Source of the DNA: a virus
Strand: one strand, 5' to 3'
Virus record (IMG/VR): IMGVR_UViG_3300020044_007580
Location: 4,257-68,256 of that record
Length of the DNA: 64,000 nucleotides
The position numbers and the translations under genes were made by a program. The notes under the pieces are model-generated. The model made no database searches. It saw only the letters and a program-made list of their open reading frames with translations, and was not told where the DNA came from. Shown one piece after another: positions 47,940 to 57,452 of the stretch (position 1 is its first letter; each line of letters begins with the position of its first letter).

Positions 47940-49143
47940 GCCTCATTGGCATGATCAGTGCGCATTTTTCAAGCCGGCAATCGTAGAAGATAGCGGCCCG
48001 CAGTGGCGATGATACGCCGATGTATACCCTGTGATTCTCGTTGTCACTGTGCGTCAGGGGATTGAGAACTTTGGTCATGTATTCTGGGTTGAACCCGATG
48101 CGCATCTGGGTTCCTGTTAAAGATGTTGCTTCCTGTTCTAGAGGGAACGATTCATGGACACGAATGTTCTCATGTGTAAATTCCAACGCTATAGCTTCAG
48201 CAGTAAATGTCATTATCATAGGGGTGACTATGTCGTCCTTGATAGAGCTAGCAATCTTGGCTATGTACTGCATCTTCTGTTGAAGCTCAAGCGCCGTTGC
48301 CTGTGTGATACATACCGTGTGATCTGTCTTGTCCGGAATGACATTCTCGTAAGCTGGGAACTTGTCTTCTGAGCTAGGCAACAGAAGCTCGTGTGTCATG
48401 TTGCGGTCGGTACAGAACATTCCGTTCCAGTTGTTTTCTCGCTGCGTAAAGAAGTACGTCCCTTCTCCTATAAGCTTCTGCTTGTGCGGGATTTGCATAA
48501 GCACTGGCTCTACCTCGGCCGGTGACTTGCGTGGCAAGCGTAGCAAGGTGTACCCATCGGTGGCTACGTACTCTTTGCCATTGCAAAGGATGCCGTTCAT
48601 GGCAGGTCGGAAGTTATCCTTGCTTGTATACTGTCTGAGCATAGCAATGTAGTGCGCGTTCAAACCAACGGTATCAACGGGCGCCGATAGTGTTTTGTTC
48701 GGGATGATTGGGTAGTCGTCGTAGTCCATCAGCTTGATCGTATTTGTAGACCGACCGTAGATCGCTTCGATTGTGTTGTCTGAATACGCACGTAGCTCCA
48801 TCGATGTATCGTTGTCTATCTTGTGTTTGGTCAGCGCTTGGAACGCTTCGTATGGCATGACCATAGGCTTGCTAGCAACATCTCCATGCTCCATGTAAGA
48901 CTGGATGCGAACCCTGCTTATGCCATAGGTAAAGAATGGCGAGCCGGTTAGCGATTCCAACACGAGGTTGTGAGCCCCCTTCGGGTCTGCCTCAATCAAC
49001 ACTGAGTTGGTAATTGGAATCTTGTTGTGCTCCGGCTTCAGCAATGGCAGTGCTCGCTTGAGTGCGCGAAGCGAGAAGGTAGCTGACCAGATCAGCTGAC
49101 GTGTTGTAGCTACGGTATTCGTAGCTGTTGCATCTGTGCTCAT
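47932..49143 (-). CDS. dnaN: DNA polymerase III beta sliding clamp homologue
   Basis: SKDNFRPAMNGI, VATDGYTL, FPAYENVIP, IGFNPEYM, LIMPMRL; start at MSTDA after CAGGAG. Confidence 0.85.
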   Translation of the reverse strand: MSTDATATNTVATTRQLIWSATFSLRALKRALPLLKPEHNKIPITNSVLIEADPKGAHNLVLESLTGSPFFTYGISRVRIQSYMEHGDVASKPMVMPYEAFQALTKHKIDNDTSMELRAYSDNTIEAIYGRSTNTIKLMDYDDYPIIPNKTLSAPVDTVGLNAHYIAMLRQYTSKDNFRPAMNGILCNGKEYVATDGYTLLRLPRKSPAEVEPVLMQIPHKQKLIGEGTYFFTQRENNWNGMFCTDRNMTHELLLPSSEDKFPAYENVIPDKTDHTVCITQATALELQQKMQYIAKIASSIKDDIVTPMIMTFTAEAIALEFTHENIRVHESFPLEQEATSLTGTQMRIGFNPEYMTKVLNPLTHSDNENHRVYIGVSSPLRAAIFYDCRLEKCALIMPMRLA

Positions 49144-49168
49144 ATGAACTCCTGATATATGGGGTAAT

Positions 49169-49202
49169 AAAAAAAAGCATGCCACAACACACTACAGCAT
49201 GC
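49169..49202 (-). terminator. Probable intrinsic terminator
   Basis: GCATGC-N14-GCATGC followed by T8 on the minus strand. Confidence 0.5.
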
Positions 49203-49305
49203 ACGGCTCTCATCGTGGGCGAGGTCTAACCCAGTGTGTTTTCACCGCACGCTTTGGTGGTATTGCCACCATGCGTTTTATCTTGTGTAAACATTAGGAC
49301 TTGTC

Positions 49306-50289
49306 ATGAATACTGTTGCACAGGACGTTGCTACTCAGTACCTAAAGAAGTACCCGAGCATAGCAACGCTGACGCTAGCAAGGAAGCTATACAAAGACCA
49401 TCCTCTCCTATTCACATCGTTGAATTCTGCCCGCATGGTAGTGCGGCAGACGAGAGCAAAGGCCAAAAGAACAGAGCCAGAGTCAATCATTTCCACCTCT
49501 ACAATCGTAGACCCAAACAGGATCCCGGTTAGTCATGCCGCTGTACGTGAGCCATACGTAATACCTGCCAAGTACAACAACATTCTGGTCATCTCGGACT
49601 TGCATGTTCCCTATCACTCGGTGCCTGCGTTGAAGATTGCACTGGAGTATGGGTTGCAGAACAAAGCGAACTGCATCCTTATCAATGGTGACGCACTGGA
49701 CTTCCATCATCTGTCAAAGTTTGAGAAGGACATACGCAAGCGTAAGACTAAAGAAGAATTTGAAGCCGCACTTATACTCTTCAAGTACATCCGTGAGTTG
49801 TTCCCGAAGGCGCACATTGTATGGGCTGAAGGCAACCATGATGCTAGGTATCCTAGGTTCTTAGCGTCGAAAGCCCTGGAACTTTTCGACGACGAATACT
49901 ATACGTTGCAGGCCCGACTGCAGCTCGACAAGTTGCGAATTCATTTCGTTCCTGATACGTGTTATGTAAAGGCCGGCAAGCTTTCTATAAGTCATGGTCA
50001 TAGGATAATCCGTGGCATCTTCGCGCCAGTCAACGCTGCACGTGGTGTGTTCCTGAGGACCAAGGAGTCGCATCTCATAGGACATACGCATAGTGTCAGC
50101 GAGCATAGCGAGAAGACATTAAGTGGAGAACTGATAACGACGTGGTCGACCGGCTGCTTGTGTGAGCTGAACCCAGACTACGATCCGTTCGTGTCGAAAG
50201 CGGCGCATGGGTTTGCATTTGTCAGCGTCATGAGCAATGGTCATTATAGAGTGACGAACAAGCGAATCGTGAATGGCGAGTTACTATGA
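49306..50289 (+). CDS. Calcineurin-like metallophosphoesterase
   Basis: ISDLH, NGDALD, EGNHD, SHGH, GHTH. Confidence 0.9.
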   Translation: MNTVAQDVATQYLKKYPSIATLTLARKLYKDHPLLFTSLNSARMVVRQTRAKAKRTEPESIISTSTIVDPNRIPVSHAAVREPYVIPAKYNNILVISDLHVPYHSVPALKIALEYGLQNKANCILINGDALDFHHLSKFEKDIRKRKTKEEFEAALILFKYIRELFPKAHIVWAEGNHDARYPRFLASKALELFDDEYYTLQARLQLDKLRIHFVPDTCYVKAGKLSISHGHRIIRGIFAPVNAARGVFLRTKESHLIGHTHSVSEHSEKTLSGELITTWSTGCLCELNPDYDPFVSKAAHGFAFVSVMSNGHYRVTNKRIVNGELL

Positions 50290-50299
50290 GTTCTCTGTC

Positions 50300-50659
50300 T
50301 TAGTGTGACGATGATGCCTGCTCAGATATCCATTTGTCATAGATCAGCTTGAACACTGCCTCGGCATTCAGTAGCTGTGTAATCTGAAGCGGTGTAAGAT
50401 TACGCATGGCTATGACTGGTTCTACATAACTGCCACGTAGGTCCATGTCATCGAAGCACATTGAAGGAGCTACATTCCGGTCTGAGTCCGTAGCTACAAA
50501 ATTGAATATTGTAAATCGCCTCCCAACTAGCGGCCTCATGTCTGCTCCACCCAAATCAACCTGATTGACGTCAATCAACAACATGTTCCTAGGTGTTGGT
50601 TCTTGTGTGTCGATCATCAGCATTGTCTTGCCCGTGTCTTTGTGTGTTATCGTTATCAT
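50300..50659 (-). CDS. Hypothetical protein
   Basis: ORF with GAGG RBS before MITITHK. Confidence 0.55.
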   Translation of the reverse strand: MITITHKDTGKTMLMIDTQEPTPRNMLLIDVNQVDLGGADMRPLVGRRFTIFNFVATDSDRNVAPSMCFDDMDLRGSYVEPVIAMRNLTPLQITQLLNAEAVFKLIYDKWISEQASSSH

Positions 50660-50746
50660 TGTGAGCCTCTTTAGTTTGTTGAGAAATTTTGAACTTGCTC
50701 CATGCAATGTCAATGAACCGTCGAACTGCTTGCTCTCCTATGTATG

Positions 50747-51142
50747 TCATACGTTTGCTCCGCCGTTAAGTGATGTGATGTATGCTTGCCATGCGTGAGG
50801 CAGAGAGTCTATGTTGCCATAGTATAGGTTGGAATGGAATAGATTGTTAGATTTTGATTGTTGAAAGCAGACAATGTTTGGTACATAGCTACTCTCCTTG
50901 AAGCTAGGCTTGGGACTGTAGGTGCGCTTAGGCCTTGCGTTCCAGTCGTAGTATCCATTCTTAAATACTCTGTATCCAAAGCGACAGGCTACATTCTGTA
51001 TGTGTCTTGCTGTGGTTCTTGACCAATAGCCACGTGCAGTTACGGTCCGTTCGTTGTGGTCGATGTCTGCAACGTGAGTATTGTAGGACTTTACCCACGA
51101 TTCATCGTCGGATATCCAGCAGTTTGCTGCGAGACGTTTCAT
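50747..51142 (-). CDS. Hypothetical phage protein (SY.T.VA.ID...YWSRTT.RHI)
   Basis: 131 aa with a motif typical of phage early genes. Confidence 0.7.
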   Translation of the reverse strand: MKRLAANCWISDDESWVKSYNTHVADIDHNERTVTARGYWSRTTARHIQNVACRFGYRVFKNGYYDWNARPKRTYSPKPSFKESSYVPNIVCFQQSKSNNLFHSNLYYGNIDSLPHAWQAYITSLNGGANV

Positions 51143-51164
51143 GTTGACCTCTGTATGTTAGTGA

Positions 51165-51917
51165 TTAGCTTTCGAGTATGAGATACTTGCGGTATTCGGC
51201 TTCAGTCAGGTGGCGCTCCGGGTATGCGAGTTCTACATTGCGAAGCTCCTGCACAAAATCATCGGTTGGCTCTACCAAGATGCAGTCGCCTTGACGTATG
51301 ATAGACTTGATCTTGCCGACGGGTACGTTGGTCTGGATAGTCCATGCAATGCAGGCAATTGGTCCGACTCTCGAGTCGTAGTCTCCATTGTTAGACGTAT
51401 CCCAGGTAGCTTTGAATTCTGGGATAGAGTTACGAATAACGTGTTGGTAGTCAATCCAGATAAGGTACTGCCGGTCAGTTGAGGTATCCTTCATGCGAAT
51501 AAAGTATGACCAGCCAGTGTTGCGTGATCCAAGCAAAACGTCATTGCTGACAGTCCACAATTCGTACCGATCGTCGAAGTTGTGGGTGACAAGCGACCCA
51601 TCTTCTGCTACCCACTGCGTTGTCTTGGCGATGGTATCAGCGACAAGAATCTTAGCATTCGCTTGCTCGAGTATGGACTCGATGCCGAGATAAAGCAGGG
51701 CAACTCGTCGTGCTTCCATGTTTGTGAGAGCCGCAACTTCTTTGAACTCGAGTGGCTCAATGCTATCCCAGAACTCTTTGAGCTCGTCGAATGGGCAATC
51801 GCGATGCTTGGACTTAAGCACCCTACACCCTGTGTTGTAGTCAAAGAGCACGTTGTCGATCATGATCTGCATAACTATCCTTTCTATATGGTTGTTAATG
51901 GTTGTGTTATTCTTCAC
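51165..51917 (-). CDS. Hypothetical protein (N.E.RR, D.ST.R.Y, RQGD motifs; DUF6745-like)
   Basis: 250 aa; family name from memory. Confidence 0.65.
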   Translation of the reverse strand: MKNNTTINNHIERIVMQIMIDNVLFDYNTGCRVLKSKHRDCPFDELKEFWDSIEPLEFKEVAALTNMEARRVALLYLGIESILEQANAKILVADTIAKTTQWVAEDGSLVTHNFDDRYELWTVSNDVLLGSRNTGWSYFIRMKDTSTDRQYLIWIDYQHVIRNSIPEFKATWDTSNNGDYDSRVGPIACIAWTIQTNVPVGKIKSIIRQGDCILVEPTDDFVQELRNVELAYPERHLTEAEYRKYLILES

Positions 51918-52725
51918 GATATTCTGTTACAGTGTAGTTGATGTTGATTGGCATTGTGATGACGCAATCTAATTCGTTCCACTCGAAGATAGCGTCACCG
52001 TTCGTTGATCTATGAACTTCAACACTCCAGTGTTGCTCGTAGTCGCGACCATCCTCATTGATGTGTTCGCCATCCGCCAGATCATAGCATGTGTCGCTGT
52101 AAAAATCAAACTTCTGAACCACTGAAGCTAGATACTCGACAAGCTCCTTTTTGTCTCCAGTCATGATGAAGTCTTGCTTGTATCGAATCGTCGCAAGAGT
52201 GTCGTAGGATAGATCTATGATGGTCGAAACGTACTGAGTGTAGAACTCAAGAGCACGCAGGTTGTACTCCTTCTTGCTTTCTCCGCCCAGAGTATGAATG
52301 TAATGGGCCGGGTCTAGAGTAATGTATGCGCTGACTGAATACGTTTCGTTCCACTCAGACTGCGAACTCTTGTCCCATCTCAGCCTAGTCTCGTCTTCTT
52401 GGTCAACGTAGATTTCTACAGTACCTGCCTCGCCCATGTAGTACCCGTCGCTTGCATCGTAGAACTCTACGTGGTCGTAGATGATGCAGTCGATGATGTA
52501 TTTAAGCTCGTCCTCTATCTCTTGGGACCAGGCTCCATCGTAGCTATCATCTTTGAGATAGTGTACATCCATATTTGTATCGCCCATGTTATCACCTCCG
52601 CATGAGAAGGTGAACTCGACCTTCTCTACGCCAAGTGACTTCATGATTTGTATTGCACGTTCTTCCTTGCTTAGTGCCTGTTCTTCTGGCGACGCTACTG
52701 GAACAAACGGTTTGCTCTCTGACAT
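51907..52725 (-). CDS. Acidic hypothetical protein (FSCGGD; DUF6878-like)
   Basis: 272 aa, very D/E-rich; family name from memory. Confidence 0.65.
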   Translation of the reverse strand: MSESKPFVPVASPEEQALSKEERAIQIMKSLGVEKVEFTFSCGGDNMGDTNMDVHYLKDDSYDGAWSQEIEDELKYIIDCIIYDHVEFYDASDGYYMGEAGTVEIYVDQEDETRLRWDKSSQSEWNETYSVSAYITLDPAHYIHTLGGESKKEYNLRALEFYTQYVSTIIDLSYDTLATIRYKQDFIMTGDKKELVEYLASVVQKFDFYSDTCYDLADGEHINEDGRDYEQHWSVEVHRSTNGDAIFEWNELDCVITMPININYTVTEYREE

Positions 52726-52749
52726 AATGAACCTCGTATTATGGGTAAT

Positions 52750-52775
52750 AAAAAAGGCCGCTTGTTCTAGCGGCC
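52750..52775 (-). terminator. Intrinsic terminator
   Basis: GGCCGCT-AGAACA-AGCGGCC followed by T6 on the minus strand. Confidence 0.75.
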
Positions 52776-52782
52776 CTGAAGA

Positions 52783-53199
52783 CTAACATACTTGCTCATG
52801 CTTTTGTCTATGCAACTTGTCGACTAGTTGTGTAGCCTCGGCTGTTGCTTGTGGGTTGTCAATATCCTTGACGCCGTTGTGCATCCACGGTTGCACCTGC
52901 ATGTGTTGCAGGTAATCCTGTGGTGTGGGAACAAACTTCATGCGGAAGTCTTCTGCTATGTGAAGCATGGCAATTTCAACTGTATCGACAGACTTGCCGT
53001 CTGAGTTTGTTATATTGTAGCCGAAGATACGTGGCACGATTGTGTAAGCGAACCATGTATTGTGTGTGAGACAGCGTGAAGTGTTGTTGTTCATGGTTGC
53101 CTTAGGACTGTCGATCAACTCATGAATAGGGAGGTAGTCATCGACACTACCTCCCCAACGCTTGACACTGGACTGCGAGTGTATCATGGGGTTAGCCAT
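52783..53199 (-). CDS. His-rich hypothetical protein (DUF6915-like)
   Basis: P..H..SS.K.WGG...DY..IH...D..K, R...H, H..ED...VPT..DY. Confidence 0.75.
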   Translation of the reverse strand: MANPMIHSQSSVKRWGGSVDDYLPIHELIDSPKATMNNNTSRCLTHNTWFAYTIVPRIFGYNITNSDGKSVDTVEIAMLHIAEDFRMKFVPTPQDYLQHMQVQPWMHNGVKDIDNPQATAEATQLVDKLHRQKHEQVC

Positions 53200-53202
53200 A
53201 GC

Positions 53203-53466
53203 TTAGTCCCATACACGACTGAGTATTCGACTGAACGGATTGTACTCTACCTGCTTGCCCATGACGTACACTGCCCGCTTGATGGGCAGCGCCTTGTGCT
53301 CGCCGAACGTAGCGTCAGGCTTCTCGTGACGGAGCACGGAATCCTTGAGGACTTCGATCCAGTCGAAGTCATAGATGGCAGAATCGACGGACGCGAACGA
53401 TCCGTACAGGGTGTGTTGGTGGATGCCTTCGCCCTTGAGCAAAGTATACTTCTTATGCTTGTGCAT
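53203..53466 (-). CDS. Small His-rich hypothetical protein
   Basis: GEG.H.H, L.H...EH..L, Y....Q.EY.P.....RV.D. Confidence 0.7.
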   Translation of the reverse strand: MHKHKKYTLLKGEGIHQHTLYGSFASVDSAIYDFDWIEVLKDSVLRHEKPDATFGEHKALPIKRAVYVMGKQVEYNPFSRILSRVWD

Positions 53467-53486
53467 AACGAACTCCTTAGAGAGGT

Positions 53487-53512
53487 AAAAAAAATGCTAG
53501 CTCTTGCTAGCG
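53487..53512 (-). terminator. Probable intrinsic terminator
   Basis: GCTAGC-AAGA-GCTAGC followed by A and T8 on the minus strand. Confidence 0.55.
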
Positions 53513-53880
53513 TACAACTGACGGAGATGCCCACCGCGTTTGCCTTCCGATGTGACTCGGATATTGTGACGCTTGGCAATAGTGAACACGCTCTGTCCCG
53601 TGAACATATTGCCCCTGACCGAACGAAAGCCCTCAGCATTCAGTGCTTTAGCAATCTCGGTGTGTCCGAGTTTGTTCGCAGCCAACTCCGTGATACGGGT
53701 GACTATAGCACCGACACTGTATGGTCGACTGGCAACGGATGCAACCCGTTCGCGCCGAAGTTTGCGAGACAGATTCTCTAGACGAGTCTGCTCACTTGTC
53801 CTATGCTCAAGCACTTTGAGCACAGCTATTGCCAGGTCATCCGCATCGGGTATGCCCAGCAGTTTTTGCAACCATCTCAT
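53497..53880 (-). CDS. Stand-alone recombinase-type DNA-binding domain protein
   Basis: EIAKALNAEGFRSVRGNMFTGQSV resembles the Recombinase domain of large serine recombinases; no catalytic domain. Confidence 0.65.
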   Translation of the reverse strand: MRWLQKLLGIPDADDLAIAVLKVLEHRTSEQTRLENLSRKLRRERVASVASRPYSVGAIVTRITELAANKLGHTEIAKALNAEGFRSVRGNMFTGQSVFTIAKRHNIRVTSEGKRGGHLRQLYASKS

Positions 53881-53916
53881 ATGATAGATTGGTTAGTGGA
53901 ACAAGTGTGTAAAATA

Positions 53917-54141
53917 CTACACGGTAAGTGACTTTCCAATGTGATTGTGCACCTTCTCTGCAGCTTCTATGAATGCGATACCGAGTGCGTCGGCCAGAGT
54001 ATAGGCTGCATTGACATACTGATCATACGATTCCAGTCTCATAGCTCCGGCTCCTGTATAGAATGCTTGAAGATAGCTGGCTGCTACTGCAATCGGGCTA
54101 GTTGTACTCTTGGCCCGTGTGGTTCTGCGACCGTAATTCAT
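53917..54141 (-). CDS. Hypothetical protein
   Basis: 74 aa with AGGGAG RBS. Confidence 0.6.
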   Translation of the reverse strand: MNYGRRTTRAKSTTSPIAVAASYLQAFYTGAGAMRLESYDQYVNAAYTLADALGIAFIEAAEKVHNHIGKSLTV

Positions 54142-54158
54142 ATTGCTCCCTTGGTATG

Positions 54159-54734
54159 TTACTTGATAGGACGTTGTATCTTAAACTTGTACCGCTCGGT
54201 GTTACCGTAGGTATCTAGGACGTATACATAGAAGGTCTCGCCGACATTCTTATCGACGAGCATGACGTCGGACACGACGTAGTCCAACCCACCTTGCCCA
54301 TCGGATACGTAATCGGGGAACTTCTCTGACATGGTTTCTCTCTGCAGTATGCGGTTATCGAGCGAGTCCTTGATTACGATGGTGAAGTTCTTATGATTAC
54401 CCCACTCAAGGCTAGGTCGCTTGGCCGATAGCGTGATGACTCCGCCTGGAGCAAACTGACGCACGGTACGGCAGTAGCCTTGGTATGCAGTATCATCTTC
54501 CATGTTGTCGACTGCTCGCTTGATGCGATCGTAGATGACGGTATCCATGTTGCGATAGGATATGTTCGTCACTTTATACGATACATTCTCACCCGAGAGT
54601 CTCGTGATAAGAAATCCTCGACTATAACGGTGCTTATCAATGCCCCACGATTTGTCGTGCGGGCCCATCTCTGCCTGAGCAAATGCTGTGGTCGCAGAGA
54701 TAGCGAGCATAGCAAGGATTGATGATAGCTTCAT
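54159..54734 (-). CDS. Secreted protein with Sec signal peptide
   Basis: MKLSSILAMLAISATTAFA-Q has n/h/c regions and an AxA cleavage site. Confidence 0.7.
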   Translation of the reverse strand: MKLSSILAMLAISATTAFAQAEMGPHDKSWGIDKHRYSRGFLITRLSGENVSYKVTNISYRNMDTVIYDRIKRAVDNMEDDTAYQGYCRTVRQFAPGGVITLSAKRPSLEWGNHKNFTIVIKDSLDNRILQRETMSEKFPDYVSDGQGGLDYVVSDVMLVDKNVGETFYVYVLDTYGNTERYKFKIQRPIK

Positions 54735-55075
54735 CGGTTCTCCAATTCTACAGTGTGAAACAAACGTGTATTCTTTTGGTGTTCTCTTGCCAACTCAAGA
54801 GCACGCAATCTATCGGCATCATCGACAAGGATGTACACCTTCTGGCAGAACCAATTGGTTGTAGGTTCTACTGTACGCTTGTACTTGATCTTGTCTTTAC
54901 GTAGCATCTTGCAGAAGCCTTTGAGTTCGGCCTCTACAACCTCTGTTGGGCATGGACTATCTGACCAGTCGCCAGTCCAGTTGCAGCAACCGACCGCATC
55001 AATCGGCACAAACATCCGTGACCTCCACGAGTTAGTGGTTAGTGGCACGGACACTCTCGCAGTTCTTATAGGCAT
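54731..55075 (-). CDS. Hypothetical protein
   Basis: 114 aa with AGGAGG RBS. Confidence 0.65.
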   Translation of the reverse strand: MPIRTARVSVPLTTNSWRSRMFVPIDAVGCCNWTGDWSDSPCPTEVVEAELKGFCKMLRKDKIKYKRTVEPTTNWFCQKVYILVDDADRLRALELAREHQKNTRLFHTVELENR

Positions 55076-55710
55076 ATATCCTCCTGTTCTTGTGTTTTCT
55101 GATCATGTTTGGTGTAATGCTTAATCATACCGGTAGCATTGACAACCGCATCCTGAAGCCCCATCTCTCCATAAAAACCATAGCACGAATCAATAAGTTC
55201 TTCATGGTCATGGCCTAAGCTACACGCGGTAACCTTGTATACCTCATACCCATATCCATTGCCGTTGATGTAGTCCTCATACGTTTGAACGTCGCCACGC
55301 ATGATTTCTTCTAGCTTATCCTGCGTTGTCCACTCTGGCGACAAGTCGCCGAGCTTATCCTTTGTGATATATATCCACCCAACCTGACCACTGTCCCACG
55401 TGCAAGAATAGCCCACGGTATTGAGACTTATACCAGAGTGGTCGTACATGTAGACTGGCAGATATGCAACGACATCTTCTTCAGCTTGGATAGCTTCGAG
55501 TAACTCATCCCAACCGATATAGTCATTGACACTATAGTCATTGACATTGTATCCATGGCTATCGTCACCCAAGTTATACCTTTTATGAAAGCATACCATA
55601 CGTGTCGTATGCTCCCATTCCGTGCGAGGGTTGTGCAAATCTGTATCGTCGAAGATACGATACACATAGTCGCCTATGCGTTCTTCCTTGACAATATCTC
55701 GCTGTCTCAT
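55066..55710 (-). CDS. Conserved phage hypothetical protein (YMYDHSG...WDSGQVGWIY...DSCYGFYG)
   Basis: Motif string I recall from phage/ICE early or leading-region proteins; AGGAGG RBS. Confidence 0.75.
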   Translation of the reverse strand: MRQRDIVKEERIGDYVYRIFDDTDLHNPRTEWEHTTRMVCFHKRYNLGDDSHGYNVNDYSVNDYIGWDELLEAIQAEEDVVAYLPVYMYDHSGISLNTVGYSCTWDSGQVGWIYITKDKLGDLSPEWTTQDKLEEIMRGDVQTYEDYINGNGYGYEVYKVTACSLGHDHEELIDSCYGFYGEMGLQDAVVNATGMIKHYTKHDQKTQEQEDICL

Positions 55711-55736
55711 ATAACCTCCTATAATAATGATGAGAA

Positions 55737-56063
55737 CTAGGACGCGGACTCTCCGCTATCCTGACCGTCAGTTGCTTTGCGAATACGTAGTGAATCAGGC
55801 TCGATACTAAACCCGTTCTTTGCTCTGCGTTCCTTGTCATCCAAGTACTCAGATATCCACACGCTGAACGTGCGATGATCGCCACGCATGATTGCCTGCC
55901 TGACATCATCCTCCGCCGAATCAGTACGCATGGAGACTCTCACTCGCTCATTGCCCTCGGCTGTTTTGTATGCAGTAAGATTCGGTAAGCACCGGAACCT
56001 GTACTCTGCGTTCTTATAACCTGCAATCCATGCAGCCATCATGTCTGTCTCTGTGTATGTCAT
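55737..56063 (-). CDS. Hypothetical protein
   Basis: 108 aa, AAGGAGG RBS, ATGA coupling. Confidence 0.65.
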   Translation of the reverse strand: MTYTETDMMAAWIAGYKNAEYRFRCLPNLTAYKTAEGNERVRVSMRTDSAEDDVRQAIMRGDHRTFSVWISEYLDDKERRAKNGFSIEPDSLRIRKATDGQDSGESAS

Positions 56064-56788
56064 GCTATTGCCTCCTTGATTTTGGTTAAACGTTGCTGTC
56101 GTTCTTCATACGACAATGAATTCCAGTTCTCTGGCAGAGTCAGCCCGGTTCCGGCAGCGAGGATGCGTGCCTGGCTGTCAATAGACTGCTCAGGTGTATC
56201 GGCTATGACTTCCATCATCTTCATCACACCAAGCAAAGCACCGAACTCTGACTTAGGCTTCTCGACTACCTCACCCACAGGTTTACCCAAGTCTTCGTAA
56301 ACATACGAGTCCGAATTACGAGTAGACTCTATCTTCCTGAGCTCGCCACCTATGAAGCTAGCTATGGGATAATAGCACGACATACCTATGCCACCTTCGT
56401 ATGCAGCCATGCGATTCCCATAAACTTTATACGAGCTCATGCCATATACACCCTTATAGTCCTCCACTTCGTAGAGTTTGTAGGCAAGCATATCGTTGAA
56501 TAGGTTAGCCATTATAGTCGACTCCTTATCGTAGCCATAGCCAGTCACGTTCCCATACTCTCTACGCTCCGTAGTCTTGTCTGCGTAGGTAATGAAAGCC
56601 GTGAGACGAGGACAGAATCCCCATGTGCGGTGCTTGTACCAGTCGATCCGAATGTGCATGCGTTCCACTGGCTTCTGTGCTTTCTGATCAGCTACTTTCT
56701 GTGCGTACTTAGCCATGAGCCTGCGCTCTTTGCGCTCAACTTTGCGAGCTTGCTTCTGCTCGTCAGTGAGCTTGATGTACTTCTTCAT
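56060..56788 (-). CDS. Hypothetical protein (G.GYDKEST motif)
   Basis: 242 aa, GGAGG RBS. Confidence 0.7.
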   Translation of the reverse strand: MKKYIKLTDEQKQARKVERKERRLMAKYAQKVADQKAQKPVERMHIRIDWYKHRTWGFCPRLTAFITYADKTTERREYGNVTGYGYDKESTIMANLFNDMLAYKLYEVEDYKGVYGMSSYKVYGNRMAAYEGGIGMSCYYPIASFIGGELRKIESTRNSDSYVYEDLGKPVGEVVEKPKSEFGALLGVMKMMEVIADTPEQSIDSQARILAAGTGLTLPENWNSLSYEERQQRLTKIKEAIA

Positions 56789-57048
56789 AAGTCCTCCCGT
56801 AAATGGTTGATAATATCCTGCGTCCTCGCATGTCTATTTTCGTGGTAGTGTAGCCAATGTTCCTTCAGACTCTCCCGAAACCGCTCGTATGCCAGTCGTT
56901 CGTCGTTAAGCAAGTATTGCATACAGTCTAGTGCATCCGACATACGCTCGCGTAGTACCTCATAGTCCTTGTACAAAACATACGGGCCATTCTCGTCGTC
57001 TCTGAAATTGGTCTCGTCATCCGGCCTGAAATAATACTTCTCAACCAT
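56785..57048 (-). CDS. Hypothetical protein
   Basis: 87 aa, AGGAGG RBS. Confidence 0.65.
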   Translation of the reverse strand: MVEKYYFRPDDETNFRDDENGPYVLYKDYEVLRERMSDALDCMQYLLNDERLAYERFRESLKEHWLHYHENRHARTQDIINHLREDL

Positions 57049-57072
57049 ACGACCTCCTATTAATGAGATGTG

Positions 57073-57103
57073 AAAAAATATGAGACCGCCAATAGACGGC
57101 CCT
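57073..57103 (-). terminator. Terminator-like hairpin containing one repeat copy
   Basis: GGCCGTC-TATT-GGCGGTC followed by TCATATTTTTT on the minus strand. Confidence 0.5.
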
Positions 57104-57109
57104 GAAAAA

Positions 57110-57394
57110 TCATGCTACCAATCGGACGTACTCGTCGATGAACTCTGCAAAGAAGTCTTGCAAGTCCTGCCTATCCCTCTCGCTGAGAGAGCTTGACTTC
57201 CTGCACGCATCTATAATGCATGCCACATTCTCCACACAATTGGCCAGCACCTTAGACTCCTGCACCAAATGTGCCACCGATGTGGCATCGTATCCCGTCA
57301 CCTCCTCTGCCGCCCTGACACACAACGTGTAGGCAAGCATGCCCGCAGCCATTGGGATTCTACCCACGTCCAACAAACTATTCTCGAATTGCAT
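57110..57394 (-). CDS. Hypothetical protein
   Basis: Start at MQFEN after GGAGG. Confidence 0.6.
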   Translation of the reverse strand: MQFENSLLDVGRIPMAAGMLAYTLCVRAAEEVTGYDATSVAHLVQESKVLANCVENVACIIDACRKSSSLSERDRQDLQDFFAEFIDEYVRLVA

Positions 57395-57452
57395 AACGCC
57401 TCCGAATATGGATAAGTAAATACCACATGCACCTTGCATGCAGTTGTAAAGA

